From Octopus bimaculoides (Eukaryota), in NCBI RefSeq assembly GCF_001194135.2, contig NC_068987.1:10434179-10498178 (forward strand): a stretch of 64,000 bases of DNA. Direction: 5' to 3'. The translations under genes were made by a program, and so were the position numbers. This document shows, piece after piece, positions 63,115 to 64,000 of the stretch. The notes under the pieces are model-generated. The model was given only the letters and a program-made list of their open reading frames with translations, made no database searches and had not been told where the DNA came from. How positions within the stretch are numbered: position 1 is the first letter of the stretch; each line of letters opens with the position of its first letter.

Positions 63115-63185
63115 GCCCCCCATGAGAATTGAACATACGACCCTGGTTTACAAGACCAGTGCTGTAGCCTCTGAGCTATGGAGGA
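63115..63185 (-). pseudogene. tRNA-Thr(TGT) pseudogene or tRNA-Thr-derived SINE head
   Basis: Minus strand TCCTCCA-TAGCTCAGAGGCTACAGC-A-CTGGT-CTTGTAA-ACCAG-GGTC-GTATG-TTCAATT-CTCA-TGGGGGGC; perfect anticodon arm, mismatched D and T stems. Confidence 0.8.
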
Positions 63186-63532
63186 TCACACTACACTTGT
63201 TTTAATCAATTTTGAATTTAATAAATTTAATAAAGTTGACCTCAGCAGTAAAGAGGCAGAAATAATCATGTTTTCTAATTTAGATATAACACCAGCAGTT
63301 TGACGGGAGGGGCTTTTTTAATTACATCAACTCCAGTACTTGACATGTACTTTTATATGAGCACATTTACATGCATTTTCACCATGTTGGCTTTGATTCG
63401 CTGAGGTCATCATTTCCCACTATATCTACCTCTGCTAGAATGTATATCAACATGAAATATTTGTCTCCATAGCATGAATCTATGTCATTGCACATACCAC
63501 ATGTTAGTTTGGTGTTTACAATTATTTTTATT

Positions 63533-63679
63533 CACATTATTTACATTATTTACATTTTGACGGATATTTGTCCTCATCTTGTTGTTAACACAACGTTTCG
63601 GCTGATATACCCTCCAGCCTTCATCAGGTGTCTTGGGGAAATTTTGGACCTGGGTTCTCATTCCTACGGTACTTTCCGA

Positions 63680-63718
<39 letters not shown>

Positions 63719-63740
63719 CATTATTATTATTATTATTATT
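63533..63740 (-). mobile_element. Hammerhead-bearing repeat family C, copy 3, with (TAT)n
   Basis: Same unit as 1806-1982 and 51121-51263; tandem acattattt at the distal end. Confidence 0.9.
63587..63632 (-). ncRNA. Minimal type I hammerhead ribozyme with intact catalytic core
   Basis: GACAC-CUGAUGA-A-GGCUG-(10-nt loop)-CAGCC-GAAAC-GUU/GUGUU; stem I 5 bp (one G-U), stem II 5 bp, palindromic ACGU as stem III. Confidence 0.75.
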
Positions 63741-64000
63741 CAGTAGTTTTATTTTTATAACGTGCTTTCACTTCACTACCGAGCGCAGCTCTGTGCGCCT
63801 TGGGTATGTGCTGTGGTTTGCTGTGGTGCTCTTATGTTTACTGTATTGAAAGTGTTTTGCGTAGAATGTGTGCAGTACCCAGTAGTGCAATTTTCTGTAT
63901 GTTATATATATTTGTAAGTCCTGGTGTTTTTGTTATGTATTTGTCTGAATATTTTTTTATTATACCTAAGGCACCTACTATGATAGGAATTGTTTCTGTT
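63741..64000 (-). mobile_element. R4/Dong-like RLE retrotransposon 3' end, third family; open frame runs off the window
   Basis: TETIPIIVGALGIIKK...NIQKIALLGTAHILRKTLSIQ* (stop at 63838-63840), ~97-nt 3' UTR, then (AAT)n. Confidence 0.85.

Overview
Eukaryotic, AT-rich, microsatellite-dense draft-assembly sequence with about 30 N-gaps (roughly 9 kb, hand estimate). The repeat families look like those of an octopus genome (recognition from memory, not a database search). I find no convincing protein-coding gene: the long ORFs in the track come from N-runs and simple repeats. The window is mostly transposable elements, with informal family labels: several tRNA-derived SINE families (A, B, E, F, G, H); remnants of mariner/Tc1, hAT and piggyBac DNA transposons and their MITEs; 3' ends of R4/Dong-like elements in (TAA)n; a Tx1-like LINE end; an RTE LINE with a 5' inversion and 12-bp TSD; a decayed Penelope-like ORF; and a tRNA-Thr(TGT) pseudogene. 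The most notable signal is a set of short repeats carrying minimal type I hammerhead ribozyme motifs with palindromic stem III (CUGAUGA...GAAAC). One copy has an intact core (63587-63632, minus) and one locus is a head-to-head inverted pair (15311-15551). Element boundaries are approximate unless a TSD or TIR is quoted.
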